The notes: generated by a model not told the origin, from the sequence alone. Positions 19,419 through 28,949 are shown, counted from the first letter of the stretch. The stretch is 64,000 bases of DNA from an uncultured Nitrospiraceae bacterium (GCA_963727775.1 CAVSHB010000002.1:96001-160000), one strand, 5' to 3'. A program made the numbers and translations.

Positions 19419-19873
19419 TCAGAGTCTGGCATATAGGTAAAAAAGACTACGCCAATGAATTTTGGTCCGGCAAGGGAGCTTTTTACTGGGGTGGTCGCTG
19501 GACACCGAAAGGTTATCCGGTGGTTTACACAAGTGAAAGCAAGGCACTGGCTCTTTTGGAAATTCTCATTCGTTTCAAACGCCAAACTGCCAGTAAACTT
19601 CATTGGGCGATAGGATATGCTGACATTCCCGACTACACTATCTACACCCCTCCTGAAAAAGACCTTCCCGCAGACTGGCGAACCTATCCATATCCTCCCA
19701 CGACAGAGGCGTTTGGGCTATCGTGGCTAAAGACAGCAAAATATGCTGTTCTGTCAGTTCCGTCCGCATTAGAACCAACATCTCGAAACTACCTCATCAA
19801 TGTCCAACATCCGGCCGCCGGCAAAATCCGCTTTAGTAGCATACAAGACTATCTTCTCGATCACAGAGCGTAA
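19415..19873 (+). CDS. RES-domain toxin
   Basis: GGRW, VYTSES..LALLE, LPADW, LSVPS, NYLIN; 4-bp overlap with the antitoxin. Confidence 0.88.
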   Translation: MIRVWHIGKKDYANEFWSGKGAFYWGGRWTPKGYPVVYTSESKALALLEILIRFKRQTASKLHWAIGYADIPDYTIYTPPEKDLPADWRTYPYPPTTEAFGLSWLKTAKYAVLSVPSALEPTSRNYLINVQHPAAGKIRFSSIQDYLLDHRA

Positions 19874-20096
19874 GGGAAACAAATACAGTAGACGCACTCA
19901 ATACCCGATATCATCCATATACCGGAGGGAGAAGAAGGATCGATAGCATTGTACAGAATCCTGAACCCGGAGAAATTGACACTCGATGAAGCAATTGTTC
20001 TAATTGGCTTCTCAGGATGCACCCTATTAAGTGCCGCTCACTTGACAAGATGTAAGCGTTCAAGTACCATTAATTATGTTAACATAACCATATATT

Positions 20097-20444
20097 ATGG
20101 TAATGGGAGAGGTGATGCTTGAAGGAGTTTTTGGAAATATAACAATTGAAAGAATACTCTTTACGCTCATTGTGTATGGAGAAGGGTATCCCCTCGGGAT
20201 GGCGAAGAACTTTGTTGAACCGGTGAACAGGTTTCAACAGCAGTTGAGGCGGCTCGAAAACGCCGGGGTAGTAGTGAGCCGTCTTATAGGCAAGGTAAGG
20301 ATATACACTTTTAATCCCAGATATCCCTTTCTTGACGAGTTGAAAGCTCTGCTGGAGAAAGCCTATGAATTTCTTCCTGATAAAGAAAAAAAAGCTTACT
20401 ACAGTGGGCGTACAAGACCGAGAAGAGCCGGCAAGCCCCTGTGA
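20097..20444 (+). CDS. Winged-helix DNA-binding protein
   Basis: QLRRLENAGVVVSRLIGKVRIYTFNPRYPF and RPRRAGKPL; TTGACA-17-TACCAT promoter at 20042-20070. Confidence 0.7.
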   Translation: MVMGEVMLEGVFGNITIERILFTLIVYGEGYPLGMAKNFVEPVNRFQQQLRRLENAGVVVSRLIGKVRIYTFNPRYPFLDELKALLEKAYEFLPDKEKKAYYSGRTRPRRAGKPL

Positions 20445-20637
20445 AGAAGGTCATACAATAAAATATCATGTCTTTCTGAAGAGGGTGCGAAAAAAAGACT
20501 GATGACCTTTTGACTATTTGTTTGCTGAACTTGCTTATCAGGACGGGTAAAAAAGTGATTTGAAATTCCACAGCTAAGAATCAAAAGTCAATAAGCAAGT
20601 CTGACCCTGTAATTTGTTCCTCCTGGATTTTCCGCAC

Positions 20638-20913
20638 TCATTCTCCGAAAGTCATTCGGGCAAGTTGTTTCTTTAATTCTTGCTGTTCTTTCGCGTCTGT
20701 TGATGTGCTTAGCTGATCTGCCAATTCGAAGAATCTGCGTTTCTCCTCTTCTTTTGATCGCAATCCAGTTTCAATGAGTTCTACGAGTATCCGATTCGAA
20801 CTCACTTTTCGGCTTTTCGCCAAGGCCTTCACGCGTTTAGCTATCGGAGAAGGGAGAGAGACGCTCTGGCGAACTGCTTTTTCAGTTATACCCATAAAAT
20901 AATTATACACCAT
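20638..20913 (-). CDS. Ribbon-helix-helix (CopG-like) protein, probable orphan antitoxin
   Basis: VRQSVSLPSPIAKRVKALAK..SSNRILVELIETGL. Confidence 0.6.
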   Translation of the reverse strand: MVYNYFMGITEKAVRQSVSLPSPIAKRVKALAKSRKVSSNRILVELIETGLRSKEEEKRRFFELADQLSTSTDAKEQQELKKQLARMTFGE

Positions 20914-21181
20914 TTTGCATCAGAATGCACCATTCTGAAAGTAGCGCTCAGGGGAAAAGGTCCTGATTGATGTTGAACGGCTTCGAAGTTTGACCCGTTA
21001 TCGGCAGCTCAATTGGATTCAGTCCTTGAATCATTGGGCCTTTAGCGTAGATGGTAGGTCAATTTTCAATGCCGCTTTACAAGTTACATGAATTTGGCAC
21101 AATTTTGAAGCAAAACGAGCCTAAAAAAGGGCAATATATCCTTGCTGAAGCGGCATATATTTTCGCACAGTAATAAAAGAT

Positions 21182-21198
21182 TGGTGGCGGCGCAGGGA
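21182..21198 (-). repeat. Distal att site (duplicated tRNA-Met 3' end)
   Basis: Exact match to 32245-32261. Confidence 0.9.
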
Positions 21199-21406
21199 TT
21201 TGACACCACCGATTTCCCTTCCGTATAAAATCCCTTTAATTACAATGTGTTACACTCATAGGCTAATTTAGGTTCGGTCTGAAAATCGTTGAAAAGTGAC
21301 CTAATTGGTGACCTAATTTTACCAGATTAGTACCCGTTTACTCCATAAGAAATTATTACTGGTTTACAAGAAAAATTTCTGCTAATTTTAGAGTATATTT
21401 TCTATG

Positions 21407-21715
21407 TCAGGCAACCTTCTTATTCTTAGGCGTGGATGGAATTATCTTCTGCAAATCTTTATTTATTTTCCTTTTCTTTTCCTCAATGTCGTATGCAGTT
21501 TGAAGGTTAATCCAGAATTCAGGGGAATTACCAAAGTATTGTGAAAATCTGAGGGCTGTGTCTACTGTGATACTTCTTTTCCCACGGATAATTTCACTTA
21601 CACGTGTTTGGTCAATGCCTGTAGCCTTTGCCAGTCGATAGGATGTGATACCCATGGCGACAAGGAAATCTTCTTCTAAAATTTCACCAGGGTGTATATT
21701 TGGTATTCTTTTCAT
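21407..21715 (-). CDS. higA: HigA-family antitoxin
   Basis: HPGEILEEDFL, RSITVDTALRF, FWINLQTAYD. Confidence 0.92.
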   Translation of the reverse strand: MKRIPNIHPGEILEEDFLVAMGITSYRLAKATGIDQTRVSEIIRGKRSITVDTALRFSQYFGNSPEFWINLQTAYDIEEKKRKINKDLQKIIPSTPKNKKVA

Positions 21716-21942
21716 AATTTCTCCTTTTTAATTGTGATAATCTACAATTTCCACGTCAAAAGCATTTCCATTTTCCCACCTAAAACATATTCTAAATTGG
21801 TCATTTATGTTTATACTGTGTTGTCCTTTTCTATCTCCCTTTAATGGGTGTAATTTATTCCCTGGTAATATTCTTAAATCTTGCAAGGTAATAGCCGCAT
21901 GGATATGACGGAGTTTCTTTCTTGCATTCCTTTGTATTTCAA

Positions 21943-23788
21943 CGTATTTTCTTTTTAAAAACTACGAGGAACTCCATATGCTGCAATGATTTGAAGGCGA
22001 TTTCTAATTTCAAGAAAATGGCTACAATTTTACCTTGAGCAGATCAAGAATCTTTTGCTGACTGTTATCCGGGGTGCAAACAATTCGGCACGAAGAGCCC
22101 TGCACTTGAAGTCTCTGCCTTCTCAGGCTCTTTAATCTCTCAATCACATACTCAAATGTCCATCTGCGGTGTTTATTTTTTCCGTCAGACTGAAACAGAG
22201 GCTTTAGTCTCTGATTCATATGCCACTGCAAGTAGTAGGCAAGCATGCAAAGAAACACATGACAGCGGATTCGGTCGTCGGTCTTGTGATAAACGGGCCG
22301 CACCTCAAGCTGTACGCTCTTTAAGTTCCGAAACGCCTGTTCTACAAGAGCAAGCTTTTTATATGATGCCACTATTGCCTGCTTTGCCATCAGCCCGGCA
22401 GGAACATCGGAGGCAATGATGTAACAGCCGTCAATCAATTCCTCAGTCTCGATCTTCTCTGTTTTTAATTTCCATGTGAGACGTCCATCCTGTACTGACC
22501 ACTCTACAAATTTACCTGTCTTCCACTTTCCCAGAACCTTCCCCACCCTTGCCGCTATCTTCTCGTTTGACGACTTCCGTTTTGATTGGGCTATGCTATC
22601 CAATGCCTTTCTGGTGACCTCAATCAAGCCTTTGCGTGTCACAGCTTCCCTTGTAGCGGTCTTTGGATTGCGGCATAAGCAGTATCGCCGTCCTATCGCC
22701 TCAGGATCCACTACTTCAATAATCTCCTTTTCATCAAACATATCGATCTGAATCACCTTGCGTTCCAGTAGCTCTTTTATCTGGTGGTGTGTTAATGCCG
22801 ATATTATATTGAGCCCTTTTACATCCTTAACCTTTTCGTAATTGGCATGAGTAACCATTCCACGATCACCTACAAAGATTATCTCCTGGATCCCATATTT
22901 TTTCTGCACCTCAGCTATTTTATCGGGTACCGTTTGAGCATCCTGAGTATTCCCAGGGAAAACTTCCACACCCACAGGGCACCCCTCGGGACTGCAAAGC
23001 AGCCCTATCACCATCTGTTCATGCCCCCGCTTGCCGTCCCGGTTATATCCGAATTTAACGATCTCACTGTCTTCATACTCGCCCTCAAAATAACTGCTGG
23101 TTATATCGTAAAGCACAAGCGCGCCGTTTCGGAGATGCTTTTTCGCCAATGTACTTTGGATGGCATCCTGCCTCTGTAAAAGACGATCCATAGGCTCATA
23201 ACAATGCTTATCTACGTCAACCGGCCCTTCTATCCCGCAGAGTTCCCATAATGCCGTGTCCTCCCATCTGTGCGATAAAGCCAGCTTGCTGCCGCTATAT
23301 ACTAAACGGCCGATTATCATGGCAAGACAGTCTTTAACCCACTGCTCGGAATATCTCGAATAAATCATCTTGTCCAACTCTAATTCCTTCGCCAACTGCA
23401 ATACCGCATAGGAAGCGCCGTACTCTTTCGATTCCGCGATTTTGTGAGCGTCGGCTGAACCCTTTACCAGCACATCGCCCCTGAAGGCGGCCTGTATGAG
23501 CTTTAGTTGTTCAAGACTCATATCCTTAATGGTCCCATGTGTCGTGTGCCTGATTTCGCCCTTCTCACGGAAGGTAGTGCGAATAACGCCGTAGTGCTTA
23601 TTGCCGGAAGTCTGTATTTCGAGATGGGGGCGTGGCTTCTTTTTAAATGGCATGGCTACTATTATAGGATATGATTACCACTATGTCAACTATAAAATGC
23701 TATATTATATGGCTACATTTGAAAGCCAAATACACGGTAATCTATTGTAATATAAGCATTTATGGGTGTTTTCATAAAAGAAAATACG
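21943..23788 (-). mobile_element. IS1634-family insertion sequence
   Basis: 13-bp terminal inverted repeat cgtattttctttt; 6-bp target duplication tttcaa at 21937-21942 and 23789-23794. Confidence 0.9.
22022..23653 (-). CDS. IS1634-family DDE transposase
   Basis: LYDITSSYFEG, FGYNRDGKRG, VGDRGM, VEQAFRNLKS, RPVYH, HVFLCMLAY. Confidence 0.9.
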   Translation of the reverse strand: MPFKKKPRPHLEIQTSGNKHYGVIRTTFREKGEIRHTTHGTIKDMSLEQLKLIQAAFRGDVLVKGSADAHKIAESKEYGASYAVLQLAKELELDKMIYSRYSEQWVKDCLAMIIGRLVYSGSKLALSHRWEDTALWELCGIEGPVDVDKHCYEPMDRLLQRQDAIQSTLAKKHLRNGALVLYDITSSYFEGEYEDSEIVKFGYNRDGKRGHEQMVIGLLCSPEGCPVGVEVFPGNTQDAQTVPDKIAEVQKKYGIQEIIFVGDRGMVTHANYEKVKDVKGLNIISALTHHQIKELLERKVIQIDMFDEKEIIEVVDPEAIGRRYCLCRNPKTATREAVTRKGLIEVTRKALDSIAQSKRKSSNEKIAARVGKVLGKWKTGKFVEWSVQDGRLTWKLKTEKIETEELIDGCYIIASDVPAGLMAKQAIVASYKKLALVEQAFRNLKSVQLEVRPVYHKTDDRIRCHVFLCMLAYYLQWHMNQRLKPLFQSDGKNKHRRWTFEYVIERLKSLRRQRLQVQGSSCRIVCTPDNSQQKILDLLKVKL

Positions 23789-23869
23789 TTTCAAACGGGA
23801 ACTTCTTTGAAAATTCACCTTCCCATATTATCTGTGTTTCCTTGTCTTTCCATGACAGAATCATAATTT

Positions 23870-23899
23870 AATAGTAGTGGATTAGAATACTATTGTCAA
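23870..23899 (-). promoter_or_regulatory. higBA sigma-70 promoter with palindromic operator
   Basis: TTGACA-17 bp-TACTAT; aatagta/tactatt inverted repeat; ATG only 6 nt after the -10 box. Confidence 0.65.
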
Positions 23900-24036
23900 G
23901 CGTGATTACGCACAATGTCTATGAGGAATCTCTCAGGATGGGTTAAACAGGTGGGACAAAGGAATCCTTTGTTTGCGTCTGTTTTAAATCTACCCTTGCA
24001 CTTAGGGCATTTACCTTCTGCTCTGATACCTTTCAA
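23896..24036 (-). pseudogene. Zinc-finger fragment, possibly the N-terminus of a second integrase
   Basis: GGGGG RBS then TTG: KGIRAEGKCPKC...FLCPTCLTHPERFLIDI, ending at the higB promoter. Confidence 0.4.
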
Positions 24037-24236
24037 TGATAGCCCCCATAAATTTACTGTCTCAGGGGACCAATGATCCTGATCTGGTGCTGTATTTGTC
24101 AACTGCTGTTGCTTTTTTTGCACAGGTCAACTTTTCGGTCGACCTGAGAGAAAGTGTCAGCAAAAAAAGCCAAGCACGCAACAGGCTTAAAACCTACTTC
24201 TCCTTTAAAAAATTCCGTTAATGACGGTTTTGTTAT

Positions 24237-24745
24237 TTATTCCTTTACTTTTTTGGGGAATCTACTGTTATACTGCTCAGAACTTTTCCTCATCAATTCA
24301 GCCACGTCATATTTGTACTTCAATCTTTCCTCAATTATTGAACAGTATTCAGAAGATATTTCAATCCCTACATAAGCACGATTTAATGTCTGTGCCATGA
24401 CACAGCTTGTACCAGACCCAGCCATAATATCTAAGACTGTTTCAAATTCATTACTGAATGTTCTTATGATGTCAAACGCTAAGATGTCAGGCATAATAGC
24501 TGGGTGAAGGTATGCTGTGGCATCCTTGGACGAATAGTTTTTACCCGTATAGTACCTCCACACATTGTCACGAGGACTGAATTCTGGTACGGGTTTCCTC
24601 TCAAATGAGACTAAATCACCGTTAGCAAGCCTTTTCGATGCCTTCCCGAAACCAGTTGTGCCCGCACAAGTATTCCTTTTGTCAGAAATCAAATTCACTG
24701 TTTTGGGTTTCCCTTTGCTAAATATATAAACAGGCTCAATTACAC
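24237..24745 (-). pseudogene. C-terminal half of an N4/N6 (beta-class) DNA methyltransferase
   Basis: HPAIMP, VLDIMAGSGTS (motif I), RAYVGIEI; catalytic DPPY/SPPY half absent, cut at the IS3 end. Confidence 0.8.
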
Positions 24746-24784
24746 TGGAGTGACCTCGGATGTCAATAGTGGACACCAAACCTT

Positions 24785-25645
24785 TCATGCTGCCAGCTCT
24801 CGTGCATAGAATTGATACTCATAAGCAACTGGGGATAGATATCCAAGTCTTGCCTGTCGGCGCTGCCTGTTGTAGAAGATCTCGATATATTCCGTGATAT
24901 CCTGCACTGCCTCTTGTCTGTTCCTGTAGCGTCTGTGATGGACAAGCTCCTGCTTCAGCGTGCCCCAGAAACTCTCCATCGGGGCATTGTCATAGCAATT
25001 CCCTTTTCTACTCATTGATGCCGTCATGCCGAACTGATTAAGAAGCTTCCGATAATCATGAGCACAATATTGGCTCCCGCGATCCGAGTGATGAATCAGC
25101 CCCTTCCCTGGACGCTTCGCTGCAACGGCACGGAATAAAGACTGACTTACAAGGCTCTTCGTTATCCGTTCTCCCATTGCGTATCCGACTATCTCACCGT
25201 TAAAAAGATCCTTGTGCGCGGCAAGGTACAGCCATCCTTCATCGGTCCAAACATATGTTATATCGCTCAACCATGCCATGTTCGGCCTGGATACTTCAAA
25301 CTGCTGGTCCAGTAGGTTCTCAGCCACCGGAAGCGTATGTTTTGAGTCAGTTGTAGTTTTGAATTTCTTCGTCTGCTTACAGCGTATACCGAGCTTCTTC
25401 CTGAGTCGCTTGATCCGGCAAACACCCACTGCAATACCGTTGTCTGCCAAATCCTTCTGTAATCTCTCAGCGCCGCATACCCGCCGTGTCCTCTTATGTG
25501 CAGCCTTAATCTCAACCTCCAAGCGGGCGTCTTCCTGCCCCCGCTTAGAAAGCGGCCTTGTCACGTGTGCATAGTATCCGCTTGCCGATACGTTATATAT
25601 CCGGCACATCAGCGGCACTGAATATTGAAGTCGCATTTCTTTCAT
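24785..25645 (-). CDS. IS3 transposase OrfB (DDE integrase core)
   Basis: WLSDITY, HHSDRGSQY, GNCYDNAPMESFW, YIEIFYN. Confidence 0.92.
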   Translation of the reverse strand: MKEMRLQYSVPLMCRIYNVSASGYYAHVTRPLSKRGQEDARLEVEIKAAHKRTRRVCGAERLQKDLADNGIAVGVCRIKRLRKKLGIRCKQTKKFKTTTDSKHTLPVAENLLDQQFEVSRPNMAWLSDITYVWTDEGWLYLAAHKDLFNGEIVGYAMGERITKSLVSQSLFRAVAAKRPGKGLIHHSDRGSQYCAHDYRKLLNQFGMTASMSRKGNCYDNAPMESFWGTLKQELVHHRRYRNRQEAVQDITEYIEIFYNRQRRQARLGYLSPVAYEYQFYARELAA

Positions 25646-25959
25646 TAGCGCGTACCGGGCAGCGACTCCTTCGCAAAGTACGCGGCAGCTTTTTTTAGCA
25701 GATCACGCTCCATTCTCGTCTCTACCAGCTCTTTCTTTACCCTTGCCAGTTCCATCTCTAGCTCCGTCAGTGGCTTCTGTGTCTTGCCTATATCTTCCAG
25801 CTTGCCAGCTTTATGCGCCTTGACCCAGTTCCCTAACGTCGAGGGCGGCAATGACAGCCGGTGAGCTGCCTCCAGCAACGATATACCCCCGGCTAACACC
25901 ATCTTCACTGCCTCCCCACGAAACTCCTTCGTGTAACGTCCCTGCGGAATCCCTTTCAT
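25645..25959 (-). CDS. IS3 transposase OrfA (HTH)
   Basis: RYTKEF, leucine zipper, ERDLLKKAAAYF; A7 slippery run at 25690-25696 whose -1 frame reads into OrfB. Confidence 0.88.
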   Translation of the reverse strand: MKGIPQGRYTKEFRGEAVKMVLAGGISLLEAAHRLSLPPSTLGNWVKAHKAGKLEDIGKTQKPLTELEMELARVKKELVETRMERDLLKKAAAYFAKESLPGTR

Positions 25960-26100
25960 TCTGACACCTCCGTCTTTCATTTATTTTATCTGACTTTGGT
26001 GTCCACTTTTTCCATCCTACATCAGTTCACCAAGGAGATGATTACGGCATAATTTATCAGGAGGGATGTCCCATATTCTCATAGTGGAGAAGTCTCATGA

Positions 26101-26595
26101 TTAATCAAATCTTCCATCAGCTTTTTTGGTATACGCCCTCACTGCTTTCCGTGATAACCAGCCTATTGCTTTAGTACTCCTGATATCAAAGTCTGGAACA
26201 TAAGGCTTTATATCCAGCAAAGGTGTTCCGTCCAATATATCCAGATCTTCAACATGGAGTATGTTGCCCTGAACCCTCAGTAGCCTGACAATGGACATCC
26301 CTATAGCATTTGGGCGTTTCGGTGCCCTTGTAGAAAACACCCCCCGCAGACTGTCATCCAGAAATGGCTTTACCTCAAGTGAATAACCTTTGGAGTAATG
26401 GAAATGATAAATCAGGATAATATATTCAAATCCGCCAATGTCTTTTAATCCATCTGCATACTTCTTCTTTACCTCAACGGTTCCCCCAATTCCTTTTGCC
26501 CCTGTCGGCTGTATAGGCATTCCCTTAATGTCTTTATGAGGCGAGTGAATTATCCCGATTGGATAGTATATTATCTCTTTAGGAATCTTGTTCAT
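26101..26595 (-). CDS. tsaA: TsaA/TrmO (YaeB)-family SAM-binding methyltransferase
   Basis: PIGIIHSP, GVFSTRAPKRPNAIGMS, DILDGTPLLDIKPY. Confidence 0.9.
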   Translation of the reverse strand: MNKIPKEIIYYPIGIIHSPHKDIKGMPIQPTGAKGIGGTVEVKKKYADGLKDIGGFEYIILIYHFHYSKGYSLEVKPFLDDSLRGVFSTRAPKRPNAIGMSIVRLLRVQGNILHVEDLDILDGTPLLDIKPYVPDFDIRSTKAIGWLSRKAVRAYTKKADGRFD

Positions 26596-26667
26596 GGCTG
26601 TATTTTACTATAATGCGAGTGGTGAAGTTGAAACTGCGTTATGACATAATACTTATGAGGTGTACTA

Positions 26668-27849
26668 ATGAATAAGAGTAAAGCCATATTGAACAGTGCC
26701 ATAGTTCTTTATTTCATCATCTGTCTTGAAATCCTGATAATGATCAGCCCATTTGCGGGTTTCTTTTATTCCGTGTTTAACCCCTTCCTTCTTGAGACGG
26801 CAAAGTATCCCGCCACAAGATGGTTAAGTTCCTTTTTCCTTCCCCATATGGTAGTCCCCCCTGATGATTTCCTGAAATCAATACGAATATTAGGGTCAGT
26901 TCTGTTTGTGGGGGGAATTGTTGTTTTTCTCATCTGTGCTATTCAGGTATATACCAATAAATTTTTCAGAAAAGGTGCCGTTTCAAAAGGACTGTACACA
27001 TTCATAAGACATCCTCAGTATTTGGGTCTTGGTATCACTGGTATTGGTTTATCCATCCTCTGGCCCAGATTCTTAGTTGCCATCCTCTGGCTTGTGATGA
27101 TACTTATCTATTATTTTCTATCGAAAGATGAGGAAAGAAGAATGCTAAGGGAACATTCCGCCACCTACAGGGAATATATGGAAAGAACAGGCATGTTTCT
27201 GCCTAAGAAAATTGAGGATTCTGTTTCCCTTTCAACCATTCTTGGCAAGATAGCTCTTTTTGTTCTTATTGCTGCCGTCACTATTGGGGGTGCTTTCTTC
27301 CTTAGAGATTATACCGTCACGCATCTTCCTCTTTGGACTGATACCAATGTGGTTGCCCTTGCGATTCTTCCAGATGATATGGAAAAGATGGAACACAGAA
27401 TGGGAGATATTCTTAACATGGAGGAAGTGAAAACACGTCTGAAATACGATGGACACTACCTTGTTTATTTCCTGCCTCCGAATTACATCATGCAGGGTCT
27501 AATAGCGGATACTGGAGGGGAGTGGAAGCTTTATAAACACGAACATACTATCGGAATGTTTGCCGATTGGATAATTCATCCCTTCAGTCATTTAAAGGAA
27601 GGGCATCATACGATGCATGGGTCAGAGGGTCATGCCGAGCACAGCATGACCACGGGAGTTGAAAGAAGACTAGTATTTCTGAAAGTGGATAATGTGACGG
27701 TTAGTAAGCCTTTCGATGTATTTTCTATCAATGCAATGAGGATACCACAGTTTATGATAGATATGGATATCCATAATTTAAGTATTCACAATCTTAAAGA
27801 ACTGTCCAAGGATACGGGCTGGGGTAAAGTACCAACCCCGATTTTTTGA
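26668..27849 (+). CDS. ICMT/PEMT-family membrane methyltransferase with extra C-terminal domain
   Basis: GLYTFIRHPQY, EERRM, YREYMERTGMFLP; His-rich patch in the C-terminal domain. Confidence 0.75.
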   Translation: MNKSKAILNSAIVLYFIICLEILIMISPFAGFFYSVFNPFLLETAKYPATRWLSSFFLPHMVVPPDDFLKSIRILGSVLFVGGIVVFLICAIQVYTNKFFRKGAVSKGLYTFIRHPQYLGLGITGIGLSILWPRFLVAILWLVMILIYYFLSKDEERRMLREHSATYREYMERTGMFLPKKIEDSVSLSTILGKIALFVLIAAVTIGGAFFLRDYTVTHLPLWTDTNVVALAILPDDMEKMEHRMGDILNMEEVKTRLKYDGHYLVYFLPPNYIMQGLIADTGGEWKLYKHEHTIGMFADWIIHPFSHLKEGHHTMHGSEGHAEHSMTTGVERRLVFLKVDNVTVSKPFDVFSINAMRIPQFMIDMDIHNLSIHNLKELSKDTGWGKVPTPIF

Positions 27850-28014
27850 TGCCTTGATGAAAAAAGCGAACATGGTTTGAAAAAAAGATTATCTTAATGC
27901 CCCCTTATCAACTGAATTAACCTTTTAAGAATACGCCTGAGTTTTCCTTTTTCTTTACTCTCATATAGGGAGGGATAGAAGGTAAGCCAGCCTCTTATGC
28001 TTGATAATGCCCAT

Positions 28015-28076
28015 TAAATATTATATCAGTTTGGGCGGTATTCAAAGGTCTTCAAAAAGTCTTTCCTGTCAGGTGA
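28015..28076. repeat. Dispersed ~60-bp repeat C, copy 1 (copy 2 at ~30216-30276)
   Basis: taaatattatatca.tttgg.cg..attcaaaggtcttcaa...tcaggtga in both; contains minus-strand TGATATAAT extended -10. Confidence 0.75.
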
Positions 28077-28233
28077 GAAAACAGTACTAAAAAAGAGGTG
28101 GTGCAATAATGGCAGCATCCCATAGCCCTTCACTCCCTCAGACAATAGGAAGTCTCGGTTATCCTGGGGAACATGTTAATTGGGGAGGTTGGGGTTCCTC
28201 ACGGGTATAATAAAGGTGATTCCAAGAAAGAAG

Positions 28234-28614
28234 TTACTGAGAAGTTTTACCTAACCCCTCGGCATTTTTTTCTTCCGCCTTCTTATCCGCAATATTTTCA
28301 GGTGGAGCATTTACGGAAGGTTCCGTAACGGATAAATCCACAGCATCTTTGAAGTCGGTCTTTACCTGTTCCTTGATGTCCTCTAATGATTTCTTTAATT
28401 CAGCCCCTCCCTCCAGTGCTTCTTTAATACCCGATGTATCCTTAATCTCATTGAGTCCAGTCTGAACTTCTACCTTCACTTCATCAAATGATTTTTTCAG
28501 GCTACCGAGTCCCTTACCGATTGCTCTTGCAACCTCTGGAAGTTTCTTTGGGCCAACAACAATGAGGGCAACAGCAAAGATTACAACTAATTCTCCTATG
28601 CCGAAATCAAACAT
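28234..28614 (-). CDS. tatB: Twin-arginine translocase subunit TatB
   Basis: MFDFGIGELVVIFAVALIVVGPKKLPE. Confidence 0.85.
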   Translation of the reverse strand: MFDFGIGELVVIFAVALIVVGPKKLPEVARAIGKGLGSLKKSFDEVKVEVQTGLNEIKDTSGIKEALEGGAELKKSLEDIKEQVKTDFKDAVDLSVTEPSVNAPPENIADKKAEEKNAEGLGKTSQ

Positions 28615-28665
28615 TTTTTTATCTCACTTGTTTTCAATTTTAATATCTAACTTTACAATCGATTT

Positions 28666-28869
28666 TTATTTATCTTCTTTTTCCTCTGTCCCTTCTTTCT
28701 TGGAACTATCCTTCTTTGGTTCTACGTCTATTGCATCTGCTTCAGCTATACCTTTTTTGAAATTCCTGATTGCCTGTCCTATGCCACTTCCAAGTTGAGG
28801 AAGTTTAGTGGCACCAAATAAGACAACAACTATTATCCCGATAAGGAGTATGTCCTGGGTTCCAAACAT
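28666..28869 (-). CDS. tatA: Twin-arginine translocase subunit TatA
   Basis: VLFGATKLPQLGSGIGQAIRNFKK; start at 28869 or 28881. Confidence 0.88.
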   Translation of the reverse strand: MFGTQDILLIGIIVVVLFGATKLPQLGSGIGQAIRNFKKGIAEADAIDVEPKKDSSKKEGTEEKEDK

Positions 28870-28949
28870 TTTATGTTTCACCTCATTCCTTTATGAGTCT
28901 ATTTTTATTATAGACTATTAAAGAATTTGGGAATGACGTCATTTTAAAG

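Larger units (their letters stand above)
21728..23864 (-). pseudogene. higB: HigB (RelE/ParE-family) toxin interrupted by IS1634 element
   Basis: 23864-23795 gives MILSWKDKETQIIWEGEFSKKFP; 21942-21728 gives EIQRNARKKL...PGNKLHPLKGDRKGQHSININDQFRICFRW...VDYHN*; rejoins in frame to 94 aa. Confidence 0.9.
24746..26029 (-). mobile_element. IS3-family insertion sequence
   Basis: TG...CA ends; imperfect ~35-bp inverted repeats sharing agtggacaccaaa; orfA/orfB; no target duplication seen. Confidence 0.9.

Noticed and set aside
20581..20612. caagtctgaccc motif reminiscent of REP-associated transposase ends
   Set aside because: No such transposase in the window and the match is too short.
1474..21181. 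A further att copy marking a second tandem island
   Set aside because: No additional tggtggcggcgc match found by eye; the left boundary of the accessory region is undefined.
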